Below, piece by piece: positions 9,761 to 24,700 of a DNA stretch of 64,000 bases; within the stretch, counting starts at the first letter, position 1; every line of letters starts with the position of its first letter. The notes below the pieces were generated by a model. That model did no database searches. It saw nothing but the letters and a program-made list of their open reading frames with translations, and was not told where the DNA came from. The translations under genes and the position numbers were made by a program. The DNA is from Eledone cirrhosa. Its lineage: Eukaryota. The stretch covers positions 25,358,001 to 25,422,000 of the forward strand of contig OZ024743.1 of NCBI GenBank assembly GCA_964016885.1, written 5' to 3'.

Positions 9761-12700
9761 GACAGTGGGAGTTCGGCACCTCTGTGTTCGGACCTGGTGT
9801 ACTTGAGAGATGGGGAGGTTGAGAGAGATGGAGGCTTGACAGTGGGAGTTCGGCTCCTCTGTGTTCTGACCTGGTGTACTTGAGAGATAGGGAGGGTGAG
9901 AGAGATGGAGGCTTGACAGTGGGAGTTCGGCACCTCTGTGTTCGGAACTGGTGTAGTTAAGAGATGGGGAGGGTGAGAGAGATTGGGGCTTGACAGTGGG
10001 AGTTCGGCACTTCCGTGTTCGGACCTGGTGTAGTTAAGAGATGGGGAGGCTGAGAGAGATGGAGACTGATAGTGGGAGTTCGGCTCCTCTGTAATCGGAC
10101 CTGGTGTAGTTAAGAGATGGGGAGGCTGAGATAGATGGAGACTTGACAGTGGGAGTTCGGCTCCTCCGTGTTCGGACCTGGTGTACTTGAGAGATGGGGA
10201 GGGTGAGAGAGATGGAGGCTTGACAGTGGGAGTTCGGCATCCCTGTGTTCGGACCTGGTGTAGTTAAGAGATGGGGAGGTTGAGTGAGATGGAGACTTGA
10301 CAGTGGGAGTTCGGCTCCTCTGTGTTCGGACCTGGTGTTGATATGAGATGGGGAGGGTGAGAGAGATGGAGGCTTGACAGTGGGAGTTCGGCTCCTCTGT
10401 GTTCGGACCTGGTGTAGTTAAGAGATGGGGAGGGTGAGAGAGATTGGTGATTGACAGTGGGAGTTCGGCTCTTCTGTGTTCGGACCTGGTGTTGTTATGA
10501 GATGGGGAGGGTGAGAGAGATGGAGGCTTGACAGTGGGAGTTCGGCTCCTCTGTGTTCGGACCTGGTGTAGTTAAGAGATGAGGAGAGTGAGAGAGATGG
10601 AGGCTTGACAGTCGGGTCCTATGTGTTCGGACATGGTGTACTTGAGAAAAGGGGAGAGTGAGAGAGATTGAGGCTTGACAGTGGGAGTTCGGCTCCTCTG
10701 TGTTAGGAGTTTGTGTAGTTAAGAGATGGGGAGGTTGAGAGAGATGGAGGCTTGACAGTGGGAGTTCGGCTCTTCTGTGTTCGGACCTGGTGTAGTTAAG
10801 AGATGGGGAGGGTGAGAGAGATGGAGGCTTAACAGTGGGAGTTCGGGTCCTCTGTGTTAGGAGTTTGTGTAGTTAAGAGATGGGGAGGTTGAGAGAGATG
10901 GAGGGGTGACAGTGGGAGTTCGGCTCTTCTGTGTTCGGACCTGGTGTAGTTAAGAGATGCGGAGAGTGAGAGAGATGGAGGCTTGACAGTGGGAGTTCGG
11001 CTCTTCTGTGTTCGGACCTGGTGTAGTTAAGAGATGCGGAGAGTGAGAGAGATGGAGGCTTGACAGTGGGAGTTCGGCTCTTCTGTGTTCGGACCTGGTG
11101 TAGTTAAGAGATGCGGAGAGTGAGAGAGATGGAGGCTTGACAGTGGGAGTTCGGCTCTTCTGTGTTCGGACCTGGTGTAGTTAAGAGATGCGGAGAGTGA
11201 GAGAGATGGAGGCTTGACAGTGGGAGTTCGGCTCCTCTGTGTTCAAACCTGGTGTAGTGAAGAGATGGGGAGGGTGAGAGATATGGAAGCTTGACAGTGG
11301 GAGTTCGGGTCCTATGTTTTCGGACCTGGTGTACTTGAGAGATCGGGAGGTTGAGAGAGATGGAGGCTTGACAGTGGGAGTTCGGCTCCTCTGTGTTCAA
11401 ACCTGGTGTAGTGAAGAGATGGGGAGGATGAGAGAGATGGAGGCTTGACAGTGGGAGTTCGGGTCCTATGTTTTCGGACCTGGTGTACTTGAGAGATGGG
11501 GAGGTTGAGAGAGATGGAGGCTTGACAGTGGGAGTTCGGCTCCTCTGTGTTCTGACCTGGTGTACTTGAGAGATGGGGAGGTTGAGAGAGATGGAGGCTT
11601 GACAGTGGGAGTTCGGCTCCTCTGTGTTCTGACCTGGTGTACTTGAGAGATAGGGAGGGTGAGAGAGATGGAGACTGATAGTGGGAGTTCGGCTCCTCTG
11701 TATTCGGACCTGGTGTAGTTAAGAGATGGGGAGGCTGAGAGAGATGGAGACTTGACAGTGGGAGTTCGGCTCCTCCGTGTTCGGACCTGGTGTACTTGAG
11801 AGATGGGGAGGGTGAGAGAGATGGAGGCTTGACAGTGGGAGTTCGGCATCCCTGTGTTCGGACCTGGTGTAGTTAAGAGATGGGGAGGTTGAGTGAGATG
11901 GAGACTTGACAGTGGGAGTTCGGCTCCTCTGTGTTCGGACCTGGTGTTGATATGAGATGGGGAGGGTGAGAGAGATGGAGGCTTGACAGTGGGAGTTCGG
12001 CTCCTCTGTGTTCGGACCTGGTGTAGTTAAGAGATGGGGAGGGTGAGAGAGATTGGTGATTGACAGTGGGAGTTCGGCTCTTCTGTGTTCGGACCTGGTG
12101 TTGTTATGAGATGGGGAGGGTGAGAGAGATGGAGGCTTGACAGTGGGAGTTCGGCTCCTCTGTGTTCAGACCTGGTGTAGTTAAGAGATGAGGAGAGTGA
12201 GAGAGATGGAGGCTTGACAGTGGGAGTTCGGCTCCTCTGTTTTCGGACCTGGTGTAGTTAAGAGATGGAGAGGGTGAGAGAGATGGAGGCTTGACAGTGG
12301 GAGTTCGGCACCTCTGTGTTCGGACCTGGTGTAGTTAAGAGATGGGGAGGGTGAGAGAGATGGAGGCTTGACAGTCGGGTCCTATGTGTTCGGACATGGT
12401 GTACTTGAGAAAAGGGGAGAGTGAGAGAGATTGGGGATTGACAGTGGGAGTTCGGCTCCTCTGTGTTAGGAGTTTGTGTAGTTAAGAGATGGGGAGGTTG
12501 AGAGAGATGGAGGCTTGACAGTGGGAGTTCGGCTCTTCTGTGTTCGGACCTGGTGTAGTTAAGAGATGGGGAGGGTGAGAGAGATGGAGGCTTAACAGTG
12601 GGAGTTCGGGTCCTCTGTGTTAGGAGTTTGTGTAGTTAAGAGATGGGGAGGTTGAGAGAGATGGAGGGGTGACAGTGGGAGTTCGGCTCTTCTGTGTTCG

Positions 12701-15700
12701 GACCTGGTGTAGTTAAGAGATGCGGAGAGTGAGAGAGATGGAGGCTGGACAGTGGGAGTTCGGCTCTTCTGTGTTCGGACCTGGTGTAGTTAAGAGATGC
12801 GGAGAGTGAGAGAGATGGAGGCTTGACAGTGGGAGTTCGGCTCTTCTGTGTTCGGACCTGGTGTAGTTAAGAGATGCGGAGAGTGAGAGATATGGAAGCT
12901 TGACAGTGGGTGTTCGGGTCCTATGTTTTCGGACCTGGTGTACTTGAGAGATCGGGAGGTTGAGAGAGATGGAGGCTTGACAGTGGGAGTTCGGCTCCTC
13001 TGTGTTCAAACCTGGTGTAGTGAAGAGATGGGGAGGATGAGAGAGATGGAGGCTTGACAGTGGGAGTTCGGGTCCTATGTTTTCGGACCTGGTGTACTTG
13101 AGAGATCGGGAGGTTGAGAGAGATGGAGGCTTGACAGTGGGAGTTCGGCTCCTCTGTGTTCAAACCTGGTGTAGTGAAGAGATGGGGAGGATGAGAGAGA
13201 TGGAGGCTTGACAGTGGGAGTTCGGGTCCTATGTTTTCGGACCTGGTGTACTTGAGAGATCGGGAGGTTGAGAGAGATGGAGGCTTGACAGTGGGAGTTC
13301 GGCTCCTCTGTGTTCGGACCTGGTGTACTTGAGAGATAGGGAGGGTGAGAGAGATGGAAGCTGACAGTGGGAGTTCGGCACCACTGTGTTCGGAACTGGT
13401 GTAGTTAAGAGATGGGGAGGGTGAGAGAGATTGGGGCTTGACAGTGGGAGTTCGGCACCTCCGTGTTCGGACCTGGTGTAGTTAAGAGATGGGGAGGCTG
13501 AGAGAGATGGAGACTGATAGTGGGAGTTCGGCTCCTCTGTATTCGGACCTGGTGTAGTTAAGAGATGGGGAGGCTGAGATAGATGGAGACTTGACAGTGG
13601 GAGTTCGGCTCCTCCGTGTTCGGACCTGGTGTACTTGAGAGATGGGGAGGGTGAGAGAGATGGAGGCTTGACAGTGGGAGTTCGGCTCCTCTGTGTTCGG
13701 ACCTGGTGTAGTTAAGAGATGGGGAGGGTGAGAGAGATTGGTGATTGACAGTGGGAGTTCGGCTCTTCTGTGTTCGGACCTGGTGTTGTTATGAGATGGG
13801 GAGGGTGAGAGAGATGGAGGCTTGACAGTGGGAGTTCGGCTCCTCTGTGTTCGGACCTGGTGTAGTTAAGAGATGAGGAGAGTGAGAGAGATGGAGGCTT
13901 GACAGTCGGGTCCAATGTGTTCGGACATGGTGTACTTGAGAAAAGGGGAGAGTGAGAGAGATTGGGGATTGACAGTGGGAGTTCGGCTCCTCTGTGTTAG
14001 GAGTTTGTGTAGTTAAGAGATGGGGAGGTTGAGAGAGATGGAGGCTTGACAGTGGGAGTTCGGCTCTTCTGTGTTCGGACCTGGTGTAGTTAAGAGATGG
14101 GGAGGGTGAGAGAGATGGAGGCTTAACAGTGGGAGTTCGGGTCCTCTGTGTTAGGAGTTTGTGTAGTTAAGAGATGGGGAGGTTGAGAGAGATGGAGGGG
14201 TGACAGTGGGAGTTCGGCTCTTCTGTGTTCGGACCTGGTGTAGTTAAGAGATGCGGAGAGTGAGAGAGATGGAGGCTTGACAGTGGGAGTTCGGCTCTTC
14301 TGTGTTCGGACCTGGTGTAGTTAAGAGATGCGGAGAGTGAGAGAGATGGAGGCTTGACAGTGGGAGTTCGGCTCTTCTGTGTTCGGACCTGGTGTAGTTA
14401 AGAGATGCGGAGAGTGAGAGAGATGGAGGCTTGACAGTGGGAGTTCGGCTCCTCTGTGTTCAAACCTGGTGTAGTGAAGAGATGGGGAGGGTGAGAGATA
14501 TGGAGGCTTGACAGTGGGAGTTCGGGTCCTATGTTTTCGGACCTGGTGTACTTGAGAGATCGGGAGGTTGAGAGAGATGGAGGCTTGACAGTGGGAGTTC
14601 GGCTCCTCTGTGTTCAAACCTGGTGTAGTGAAGAGATGGGGAGGATGAGAGAGATGGAGGCTTGACAGTGGGAGTTCGGGTCCTATGTTTTCGGACCTGG
14701 TGTACTTGAGAGATCGGGAGGTTGAGAGAGATGGAGGCTTGACAGTGGGAGTTCGGCTCCTCTGTGTTCAAACCTGGTGTAGTGAAGAGATGGGGAGGAT
14801 GAGACAGATGGAGGCTTGACAGTGGGAGTTCGGGTCCTATGTTTTCGGACCTGGTGTACTTGAGAGATCGGGAGGTTGAGAGAGATGGAGGCTTGACAGT
14901 GGGAGTTCGGCTCTTCTGTGTTCGGACCTGGTGTACTTGAGAGATGGGGAGGTTGAGAGAGATGGAGGCTTGACAGTGGGAGTTCGGCTCCTCTGTGTTC
15001 TGACCTGGTGTACTTGAGAGATAGGGAGGGTGAGAGAGATGGAGGCTGACAGTGGGAGTTCGGCACCTCTGTGTTCGGAACTGGTGTAGTTAAGAGATGG
15101 GGAGGGTGAGAGAGATTGGGGCTTGACAGTGGGAGTTCGGCACCTCCGTGTTCGGACCTGGTGTAGTTAAGAGATGGGGAGGCTGAGAGAGATGGAGACT
15201 TGACAGTGGGAGTTCGGCTCCTCTGTATTCGGACCTGGTGTAGTTAAGAGATGGGGAGGCTGAGAGAGATGGAGACTTGACAGTGGGAGTTCGGCTCCTC
15301 CGTGTTCGGACCTGGTGTACTTGAGAGATGGGGAGGGTGAGAGAGATGGAGGCTTGACAGTGGGAGATCGGCATCCCTGTGTTCGGACCTGGTGTAGTTA
15401 AGAGATGGGGAGGTTGAGTGAGATGGAGACTTGACAGTGGGAGTTCGGCTCCTCTGTGTTCGGACCTGGTGTTGATATGAGATGGGGAGGGTGAGAGAGA
15501 TGGAGGCTTGACAGTGGGAGTTCGGCTCCTCTGTGTTCGGACCTGGTGTAGTTAAGAGATGGGGAGGGTGAGAGAGATTGGTGATTGACAGTGGGAGTTC
15601 GGCTCTTCTGTGTTCGGACCTGGTGTTGTTATGAGATGGGGAGGGTGAGAGAGATGGAGGCTTGACAGTGGGAGTTCGACTCCTCTGTGTTCGGACCTGG

Positions 15701-18700
15701 TGTAGTTAAGAGATGAGGAGAGTGAGAGAGATGGAGGCTTGACAGTGGGAGTTCGGCTCCTCTGTTTTCGGACCTGGTGTAGTTAAGAGATGGAGAGGGT
15801 GAGAGAGATGGAGGCTTGACAGTGGGAGTTCGGCACCTCTGTGTTCGGACCTGGTGTAGTTAAGAGATGGGGAGGGTGAGAGAGATGGAGGCTTGACAGT
15901 CGGGTCCTATGTGTTCGGACATGGTGTACTTGAGAAAAGGGGAGAGTGAGAGAGATTGGGGATTGACAGTGGGAGTTCGGCTCCTCTGTGTTAGGAGTTT
16001 GTGTAGTTAAGAGATGGGGAGGTTGAGAGAGATGGAGGCTTGACAGTGGGAGTTCGGCTCTTCTGTGTTCGAACCTGGTGTAGTTAAGAGATGGGGAGGG
16101 TGAGAGAGATGGAGGCTTAACAGTGGGAGTTCGGGTCCTCTGTGTTAGGAGTTTGTGTAGTTAAGAGATGGGGAGGTTGAGAGAGATGGAGGGGTGACAG
16201 TGGGAGTTCGGCTCTTCTGTGTTCGGACCTGGTGTAGTTAAGAGATGCGGAGAGTGAGAGAGATGGAGGCTTGACAGTCGGAGTTCGGCTCTTCTGTGTT
16301 CGGACCTGGTGTAGTTAAGAGATGCGGAGAGTGAGAGAGATGGAGGCTTGACAGTGGGAGTTCGGCTCTTCTGTGTTCGGACCTGGTGTAGTTAAGAGAT
16401 GTGGAGAGTGAGAGAGATGGAGGCTTGACAGTGGGAGTTCGGCTCTTCTGTGTTCGGACCTGGTGTAGTTAAGAGATGCGGAGAGTGAGAGATATGGAAG
16501 CTTGACAGTGGGTGTTCGGGTCCTATGTTTTCGGACCTGGTGTACTTGAGAGATCGGGAGGTTGAGAGAGATGGAGGCTTGACAGTGGGAGTTCGGCTCC
16601 TCTGTGTTCAAACCTGGTGTAGTGAAGAGATGGGGAGGATGAGAGAGATGGAGGCTTGACAGTGGGAGTTCGGGTCCTATGTTTTCTGACCTGGTGTACT
16701 TGAGAGATCGGGAGGTTGAGAGAGATGGAGGCTTGACAGTGCGAGTTCGGCTCCTCTGTGTTCAAACCTGGTGTAGTGAAGAGATGGGGAGGATGAGAGA
16801 GATGGAGGCTTGACAGTGGGAGTTCGGGTCCTATGTTTTCGGACCTGGTGTACTTGAGAGATCGGGAGGTTGAGAGAAATGGAGGCTTGACAGTGGGAGT
16901 TCGGCTCCTCTGTGTTCGGACCTGGTGTACTTGAGAGATAGGGAGGGTGAGAGAGATGGAGGCTGACAGTGGGAGTTCGGCACCACTGTGTTCGGAACTG
17001 GTGTAGTTAAGAGATGGGGAGGGTGAGAGAGATTGGGGCTTGACAGTGGGAGTTCGGCACCTCCGTGTTCGGACCTGGTGTAGTTAAGAGATGGGGAGGC
17101 TGAGATAGATGGAGACTTGACAGTGGGAGTTCGGCTCCTCCGTGTTCGGACCTGGTGTACTTGAGAGATGGGGAGGGTGAGAGAGATGGAGGCTTGACAG
17201 TGGGAGTTCGGCATCCCTGTGTTCGGACCTGGTGTAGTTAAGAGATGGGGAGGTTGAGTGAGATGGAGACTTGACAGTGGGAGTTCGGCTCCTCTGTGTT
17301 CGGACCTGGTGTTGATATGAGATGGGGAGGGTGAGAGAGATGGAGGCTTGACAGTGGGAGTTCGGCTCCTCTGTGTTCGGACCTGGTGTAGTTAAGAGAT
17401 GGGGAGGGTGAGAGAGATTGGTGATTGACAGTGGGAGTTCGGCTCTTCTGTGTTCGGACCTGGTGTTGTTATGAGATGGGGAGGGTGAGAGAGATGGAGG
17501 CTTGACAGTGGGAGTTCGGCTCCTCTGTGTTCGGACCTGGTGTAGTTAAGAGATGAGGAGAGTGAGAGAGATGGAGGCTTGACAGTCGGGTCCTATGTGT
17601 TCGGACATGGTGTACTTGAGAAAAGGGGAGAGTGAGAGAGATTGGGGATTGACAGTGGGAGTTCGGCTCCTCTGTGTTAGGAGTTTGTGTAGTTAAGAGA
17701 TGGGGAGGTTGAGAGAGATGGAGGCTTGACAGTGGGAGTTCGGCTCTTCTGTGTTCGGACCTGGTGTAGTTAAGAGATGGGGAGGGTGAGAGAGATGGAG
17801 GCTTAACAGTGGGAGTTCGGGTCCTCTGTGTTAGGAGTTTGTGTAGTTAAGAGATGGGGAGGTTGAGAGAGATGGAGGGGTGACAGTGGGAGTTCGGCTC
17901 TTCTGTGTTCGGACCTGGTGTAGTTAAGAGATGCGGAGAGTGAGAGAGATGGAGGCTTGACAGTGGGAGTTCGGCTCTTCTGTGTTCAAACCTGGTGTAG
18001 TGAAGAGATGGGGAGGATGAGAGAGATGGAGGCTTGACAGTGGGAGTTCGGGTCCTATGTTTTCGGACCTGGTGTACTTGAGAGATCGGGAGGTTGAGAG
18101 AGATGGAGGCTTGACAGTGGGAGTTCGGCTCCTCTGTGTTCAAACCTGGTGTAGTGAAGAGATGGGGAGGATGAGAGAGATGGAGGCTTGACAGTGGGAG
18201 TTCGGGTCCTATGTTTTCGGACCTGGTGTACTTGAGAGATCGGGAGGTTGAGAGAGATGGAGGCTTGACAGTGGGAGTTCGGCTCTTCTGTGTTCGGACC
18301 TGGTGTACTTGAGAGATGGGGAGGTTGAGAGAGATGGAGGCTTGACAGTGGGAGTTCGGCTCCTCTGTGTTCTGACCTGGTGTACTTGAGAGATAGGGAG
18401 GGTGAGAGAGATGGAGGCTGACAGTGGGAGTTCGGCACCTCTGTGTTCGGAACTGGTGTAGTTAAGAGATGGGGAGGGTGAGAGAGATTGGGGCTTGACA
18501 GTGGGAGTTCGGCACCTCCGTGTTCGGACCTGGTGTAGTTAAGAGATGGGGAGGCTGAGAGAGATGGAGACTGATAGTGGGAGTTCGGCTCCTCTGTATT
18601 CGGACCTGGTGTAGTTAAGAGATGGGGAGGCTGAGAGAGATGGAGACTTGACAGTGGGAGTTCGGCTCCTCCGTGTTCGGACCTGGTGTACTTGAGAGAT

Positions 18701-21700
18701 GGGGAGGGTGAGAGAGATGGAGGCTTGACAGTGGGAGTTCGGCATCCCTGTGTTCGGACCTGGTGTAGTTAAGAGATGGGGAGGTTGAGTGAGATGGAGA
18801 CTTGACAGTGGGAGTTCGGCTCCTCTGTGTTCGGACCTGGTGTTGATATGAGATGGGGAGGGTGAGAGAGATGGAGGCTTGACAGTGGGAGTTCGGCTCC
18901 TCTGTGTTCGGACCTGGTGTAGTTAAGAGATGGGGAGGGTGAGAGAGATTGGTGATTGACAGTGGGAGTTCGGCTCTTCTGTGTTCGGACCTGGTGTTGT
19001 TATGAGATGGGGAGGGTGAGAGAGATGGAGGCTTGACAGTGGGAGTTCGACTCCTCTGTGTTCGGACCTGGTGTAGTTAAGAGATGAGGAGAGTGAGAGA
19101 GATGGAGGCTTGACAGTGGGAGTTCGGCTCCTCTGTTTTCGGACCTGGTGTAGTTAAGAGATGGAGAGGGTGAGAGAGATGGAGGCTTGACAGTGGGAGT
19201 TCGGCACCTCTGTGTTCGGACCTGGTGTAGTTAAGAGATGGGGAGGGTGAGAGAGATGGAGGCTTGACAGTCGGGTCCTATGTGTTCGGACATGGTGTAC
19301 TTGAGAAAAGGGGAGAGTGAGAGAGATTGGGGATTGACAGTGGGAGTTCGGCTCCTCTGTGTTAGGAGTTTGTGTAGTTAAGAGATGGGGAGGTTGAGAG
19401 AGATGGAGGCTTGACAGTGGGAGTTCGGCTCTTCTGTGTTCGAACCTGGTGTAGTTAAGAGATGGGGAGGGTGAGAGAGATGGAGGCTTAACAGTGGGAG
19501 TTCGGGTCCTCTGTGTTAGGAGTTTGTGTAGTTAAGAGATGGGGAGGTTGAGAGAGATGGAGGGGTGACAGTGGGAGTTCGGCTCTTCTGTGTTCGGACC
19601 TGGTGTAGTTAAGAGATGCGGAGAGTGAGAGAGATGGAGGCTTGACAGTCGGAGTTCGGCTCTTCTGTGTTCGGACCTGGTGTAGTTAAGAGATGGGGAG
19701 AGTGAGAGAGATGGAGGCTTGACAGTGGGAGTTCGGCTCTTCTGTGTTCGGACCTGGTGTAGTTAAGAGATGTGGAGAGTGAGAGAGATGGAGGCTTGAC
19801 AGTGGGAGTTCGGCTCTTCTGTGTTCGGACCTGGTGTAGTTAAGAGATGCGGAGAGTGAGAGATATGGAAGCTTGACAGTGGGTGTTCGGGTCCTATGTT
19901 TTCGGACCTGGTGTACTTGAGAGATCGGGAGGTTGAGAGAGATGGAGGCTTGACAGTGGGAGTTCGGCTCCTCTGTGTTCAAACCTGGTGTAGTGAAGAG
20001 ATGGGGAGGATGAGAGAGATGGAGGCTTGACAGTGGGAGTTCGGGTCCTATGTTTTCGGACCTGGTGTACTTGAGAGATCGGGAGGTTGAGAGAGATGGA
20101 GGCTTGACAGTGCGAGTTCGGCTCCTCTGTGTTCAAACCTGGTGTAGTGAAGAGATGGGGAGGATGAGAGAGATGGAGGCTTGACAGTGGGAGTTCGGGT
20201 CCTATGTTTTCGGACCTGGTGTACTTGAGAGATCGGGAGGTTGAGAGAGATGGAGGCTTGACAGTGGGAGTTCGGCTCCTCTGTGTTCGGACCTGGTGTA
20301 CTTGAGAGATAGGGAGGGTGAGAGAGATGGAGGCTGACAGTGGGAGTTCGGCACCACTGTGTTCGGAACTGGTGTAGTTAAGAGATGGGGAGGGTGAGAG
20401 AGATTGGGGCTTGACAGTGGGAGTTCGGCACCTCCGTGTTCGGACCTGGTGTAGTTAAGAGATGGGGAGGATGAGATAGATGGAGACTTGACAGTGGGAG
20501 TTCGGCTCCTCCGTGTTCGGACCTGGTGTACTTGAGAGATGGGGAGGGTGAGAGAGATGGAGGCTTGACAGTGGGAGTTCGGCATCCCTGTGTTCGGACC
20601 TGGTGTAGTTAAGAGATGGGGAGGTTGAGTGAGATGGAGACTTGACAGTGGGAGTTCGGCTCCTCTGTGTTCGGACCTGGTGTTGATATGAGATGGGGAG
20701 GGTGAGAGAGATGGAGGCTTGACAGTGGGAGTTCGGCTCCTCTGTGTTCGGACCTGGTGTAGTTAAGAGATGGGGAGGGTGAGAGAGATTGGTGATTGAC
20801 AGTGGGAGTTCGGCTCTTCTGTGTTCGGACCTGGTGTTGTTATGAGATGGGGAGGGTGAGAGAGATGGAGGCTTGACAGTGGGAGTTCGGCTCCTCTGTG
20901 TTCGGACCTGGTGTAGTTAAGAGATGAGGAGAGTGAGAGAGATGGAGGCTTGACAGTCGGGTCCTATGTGTTCGGACATGGTGTACTTGAGAAAAGGGGA
21001 GAGTGAGAGAGATTGGGGATTGACAGTGGGAGTTCGGCTCCTCTGTGTTAGGAGTTTGTGTAGTTAAGAGATGGGGAGGTTGAGAGAGATGGAGGCTTGA
21101 CAGTGGGAGTTCGGCTCTTCTGTGTTCGGACCTGGTGTAGTTAAGAGATGCGGAGAGTGAGAGAGATGGAGGCTTGACAGTGGGAGTTCGGCTCTTCTGT
21201 GTTCGGACCTGGTGTAGTTAAGAGATGCGGAGAGTGAGAGAGATGGAGGCTTGACAGTGGGAGTTCGGCTCTTCTGTGTTCGGACCTGGTGTAGTTAAGA
21301 GATGCGGAGAGTGAGAGAGATGGAGGCTTGACAGTGGGAGTTCGGCTCCTCTGTGTTCAAACCTGGTGTAGTGAAGAGATGGGGAGGGTGAGAGATATGG
21401 AGGCTTGACAGTGGGAGTTCGGGTCCTATGTTTTCGGACCTGGTGTACTTGAGAGATCGGGAGGTTGAGAGAGATGGAGGCTTGACAGTGGGAGTTCGGC
21501 TCCTCTGTGTTCAAACCTGGTGTAGTGAAGAGATGGGGAGGATGAGAGAGATGGAGGCTTGACAGTGGGTGTTCGGGTCCTATGTTTTCGGACCTGGTGT
21601 ACTTGAGAGATCGGGAGGTTGAGAGAGATGGAGGCTTGACAGTGGGAGTTCGGCTCCTCTGTGTTCAAACCTGGTGTAGTGAAGAGATGGGGAGGATGAG

Positions 21701-24700
21701 AGAGATGGAGGCTTGACAGTGGGAGTTCGGCTCTTCTGTGTTCGGACCTGGTGTACTTGAGAGATGGGGAGGTTGAGAGAGATGGAGGCTTGACAGTGGG
21801 AGTTCGGCTCCTCTGTGTTCTGACCTGGTGTACTTGAGAGATAGGGAGGGTGAGAGAGATGGAGGCTGACAGTGGGAGTTCGGCACCTCTGTGTTCGGAA
21901 CTGGTGTAGTTAAGAGATGGGGAGGGTGAGAGAGATTGGGGCTTGACAGTGGGAGTTCGGCACCTCCGTGTTCGGACCTGGTGTAGTTAAGAGATGGGGA
22001 GGCTGAGAGAGATGGAGACTGATAGTGGGAGTTCGGCTCCTCTGTATTCGGACCTGGTGTAGTTAAGAGATGGGGAGGCTGAGAGAGATGGAGACTTGAC
22101 AGTGGGAGTTCGGCTCCTCCGTGTTCGGACCTGGTGTACTTGAGAGATGGGGAGGGTGAGAGAAATGGAGGCTTGACAGTGGGAGTTCGGCATCCCTGTG
22201 TTCGGACCTGGTGTAGTTAAGAGATGGGGAGGTTGAGTGAGATGGAGACTTGACAGTGGGAGTTCGGCTCCTCTGTGTTCGGACCTGGTGTTGATATGAG
22301 ATGGGGAGGGTGAGAGAGATGGAGGCTTGACAGTGGGAGTTCGGCTCCTCTGTGTTCGGACCTGGTGTAGTTAAGAGATGGGGAGGGTGAGAGAGATTGG
22401 TGATTGACAGTGGGAGTTCGGCTCTTCTGTGTTCGGACCTGGTGTTGTTATGAGATGGGGAGGGTGAGAGAGATGGAGGCTTGACAGTGGGAGTTCGGCT
22501 CCTCTGTGTTCGGACCTGGTGTAGTTAAGAGATGAGGAGAGTGAGAGAGATGGAGGCTTGACAGTGGGAGTTCGGCTCCTCTGTTTTCGGACCTGGTGTA
22601 GTTAAGAGATGGAGAGGGTGAGAGAGATGGAGGCTTGACAGTGGGAGTTCGGCACCTCTGTGTTCGGACCTGGTGTAGTTAAGAGATGGGGAGGGTGAGA
22701 GAGATGGAGGCTTGACAGTCGGGTCCTATGTGTTCGGACATGGTGTACTTGAGAAAAGGGGAGAGTGAGAGAGATTGGGGATTGACAGTGGGAGTTCGGC
22801 TCCTCTGTGTTAGGAGTTTGTGTAGTTAAGAGATGGGGAGGTTGAGAGAGATGGAGGCTTGACAGTGGGAGTTCGGCTCTTCTGTGTTCGGACCTGGTGT
22901 AGTTAAGAGATGGGGAGGGTGAGAGAGATGGAGGCTTAACAGTGGGAGTTCGGGTCCTCTGTGTTAGGAGTTTGTGTAGTTAAGAGATGGGGAGGTTGAG
23001 AGAGATGGAGGGGTGACAGTGGGAGTTCGGCTCTTCTGTGTTCGGACCTGGTGTAGTTAAGAGATGCGGAGAGTGAGAGAGATGGAGGCTTGACAGTCGG
23101 AGTTCGGCTCTTCTGTGTTCGGACCTGGTGTAGTTAAGAGATGCGGAGAGTGAGAGAGATGGAGGCTTGACAGTGGGAGTTCGGCTCTTCTGTGTTCGGA
23201 CCTGGTGTAGTTAAGAGATGCGGAGAGTGAGAGAGATGGAGGCTTGACAGTGGGAGTTCGGCTCTTCTGTGTTCGGACCTGGTGTAGTTAAGAGATGCGG
23301 AGAGTGAGAGATATGGAAGCTTGACAGTGGGTGTTCGGGTCCTATGTTTTCGGACCTGGTGTACTTGAGAGATCGGGAGGTTGAGAGAGATGGAGGCTTG
23401 ACAGTGGGAGTTCGGCTCCTCTGTGTTCAAACCTGGTGTAGTGAAGAGATGGGGAGGATGAGAGAGATGGAGGCTTGACAGTGGGAGTTCGGGTCCTATG
23501 TTTTCGGACCTGGTGTACTTGAGAGATCGGGAGGTTGAGAGAGATGGAGGCTTGACAGTGGGAGTTCGGCTCCTCTGTGTTCAAACCTGGTGTAGTGAAG
23601 AGATGGGGAGGATGAGAGAGATGGAGGCTTGACAGTGGGAGTTCGGGTCCTATGTTTTCGGACCTGGTGTACTTGAGAGATCGGGAGGTTGAGAGAGATG
23701 GAGGCTTGACAGTGGGAGTTCGGCTCCTCTGTGTTCGGACCTGGTGTACTTGAGAGATAGGGAGGGTGAGAGAGATGGAGGCTGACAGTGGGAGTTCGGC
23801 ACCACTGTGTTCGGAACTGGTGTAGTTAAGAGATGGGGAGGGTGAGAGAGATTGGGGCTTGACAGTGGGAGTTCGGCACCTCCGTGTTCGGACCTGGTGT
23901 AGTTAAGAGATGGGGAGGCTGAGATAGATGGAGACTTGACAGTGGGAGTTCGGCTCCTCCGTGTTCGGACCTGGTGTACTTGAGAGATGGGGAGGGTGAG
24001 AGAGATGGAGGCTTGACAGTGGGAGTTCGGCATCCCTGTGTTCGGACCTGGTGTAGTTAAGAGATGGGGAGGTTGAGTGAGATGGAGACTTGACAGTGGG
24101 AGTTCGGCTCCTCTGTGTTCGGACCTGGTGTTGATATGAGATGGGGAGGGTGAGAGAGATGGAGGCTTGACAGTGGGAGTTCGGCTCCTCTGTGTTCGGA
24201 CCTGGTGTAGTTAAGAGATGGGGAGGGTGAGAGAGATTGGTGATTGACAGTGGGAGTTCGGCTCTTCTGTGTTCGGACCTGGTGTTGTTATGAGATGGGG
24301 AGGGTGAGAGAGATGGAGGCTTGACAGTGGGAGTTCGGCTCCTCTGTGTTCGGACCTGGTGTAGTTAAGAGATGAGGAGAGTGAGAGAGATGGAGGCTTG
24401 ACAGTCGGGTCCTATGTGTTCGGACATGGTGTACTTGAGAAAAGGGGAGAGTGAGAGAGATTGGGGATTGACAGTGGGAGTTCGGCTCCTCTGTGTTAGG
24501 AGTTTGTGTAGTTAAGAGATGGGGAGGTTGAGAGAGATGGAGGCTTGACAGTGGGAGTTCGGCTCTTCTGTGTTCGGACCTGGTGTAGTTAAGAGATGGG
24601 GAGGGTGAGAGAGATGGAGGCTTAACATTGGGAGTTCGGGTCCTCTGTGTTAGGAGTTTGTGTAGTTAAGAGATGGGGAGGTTGAGAGAGATGGAGGGGT

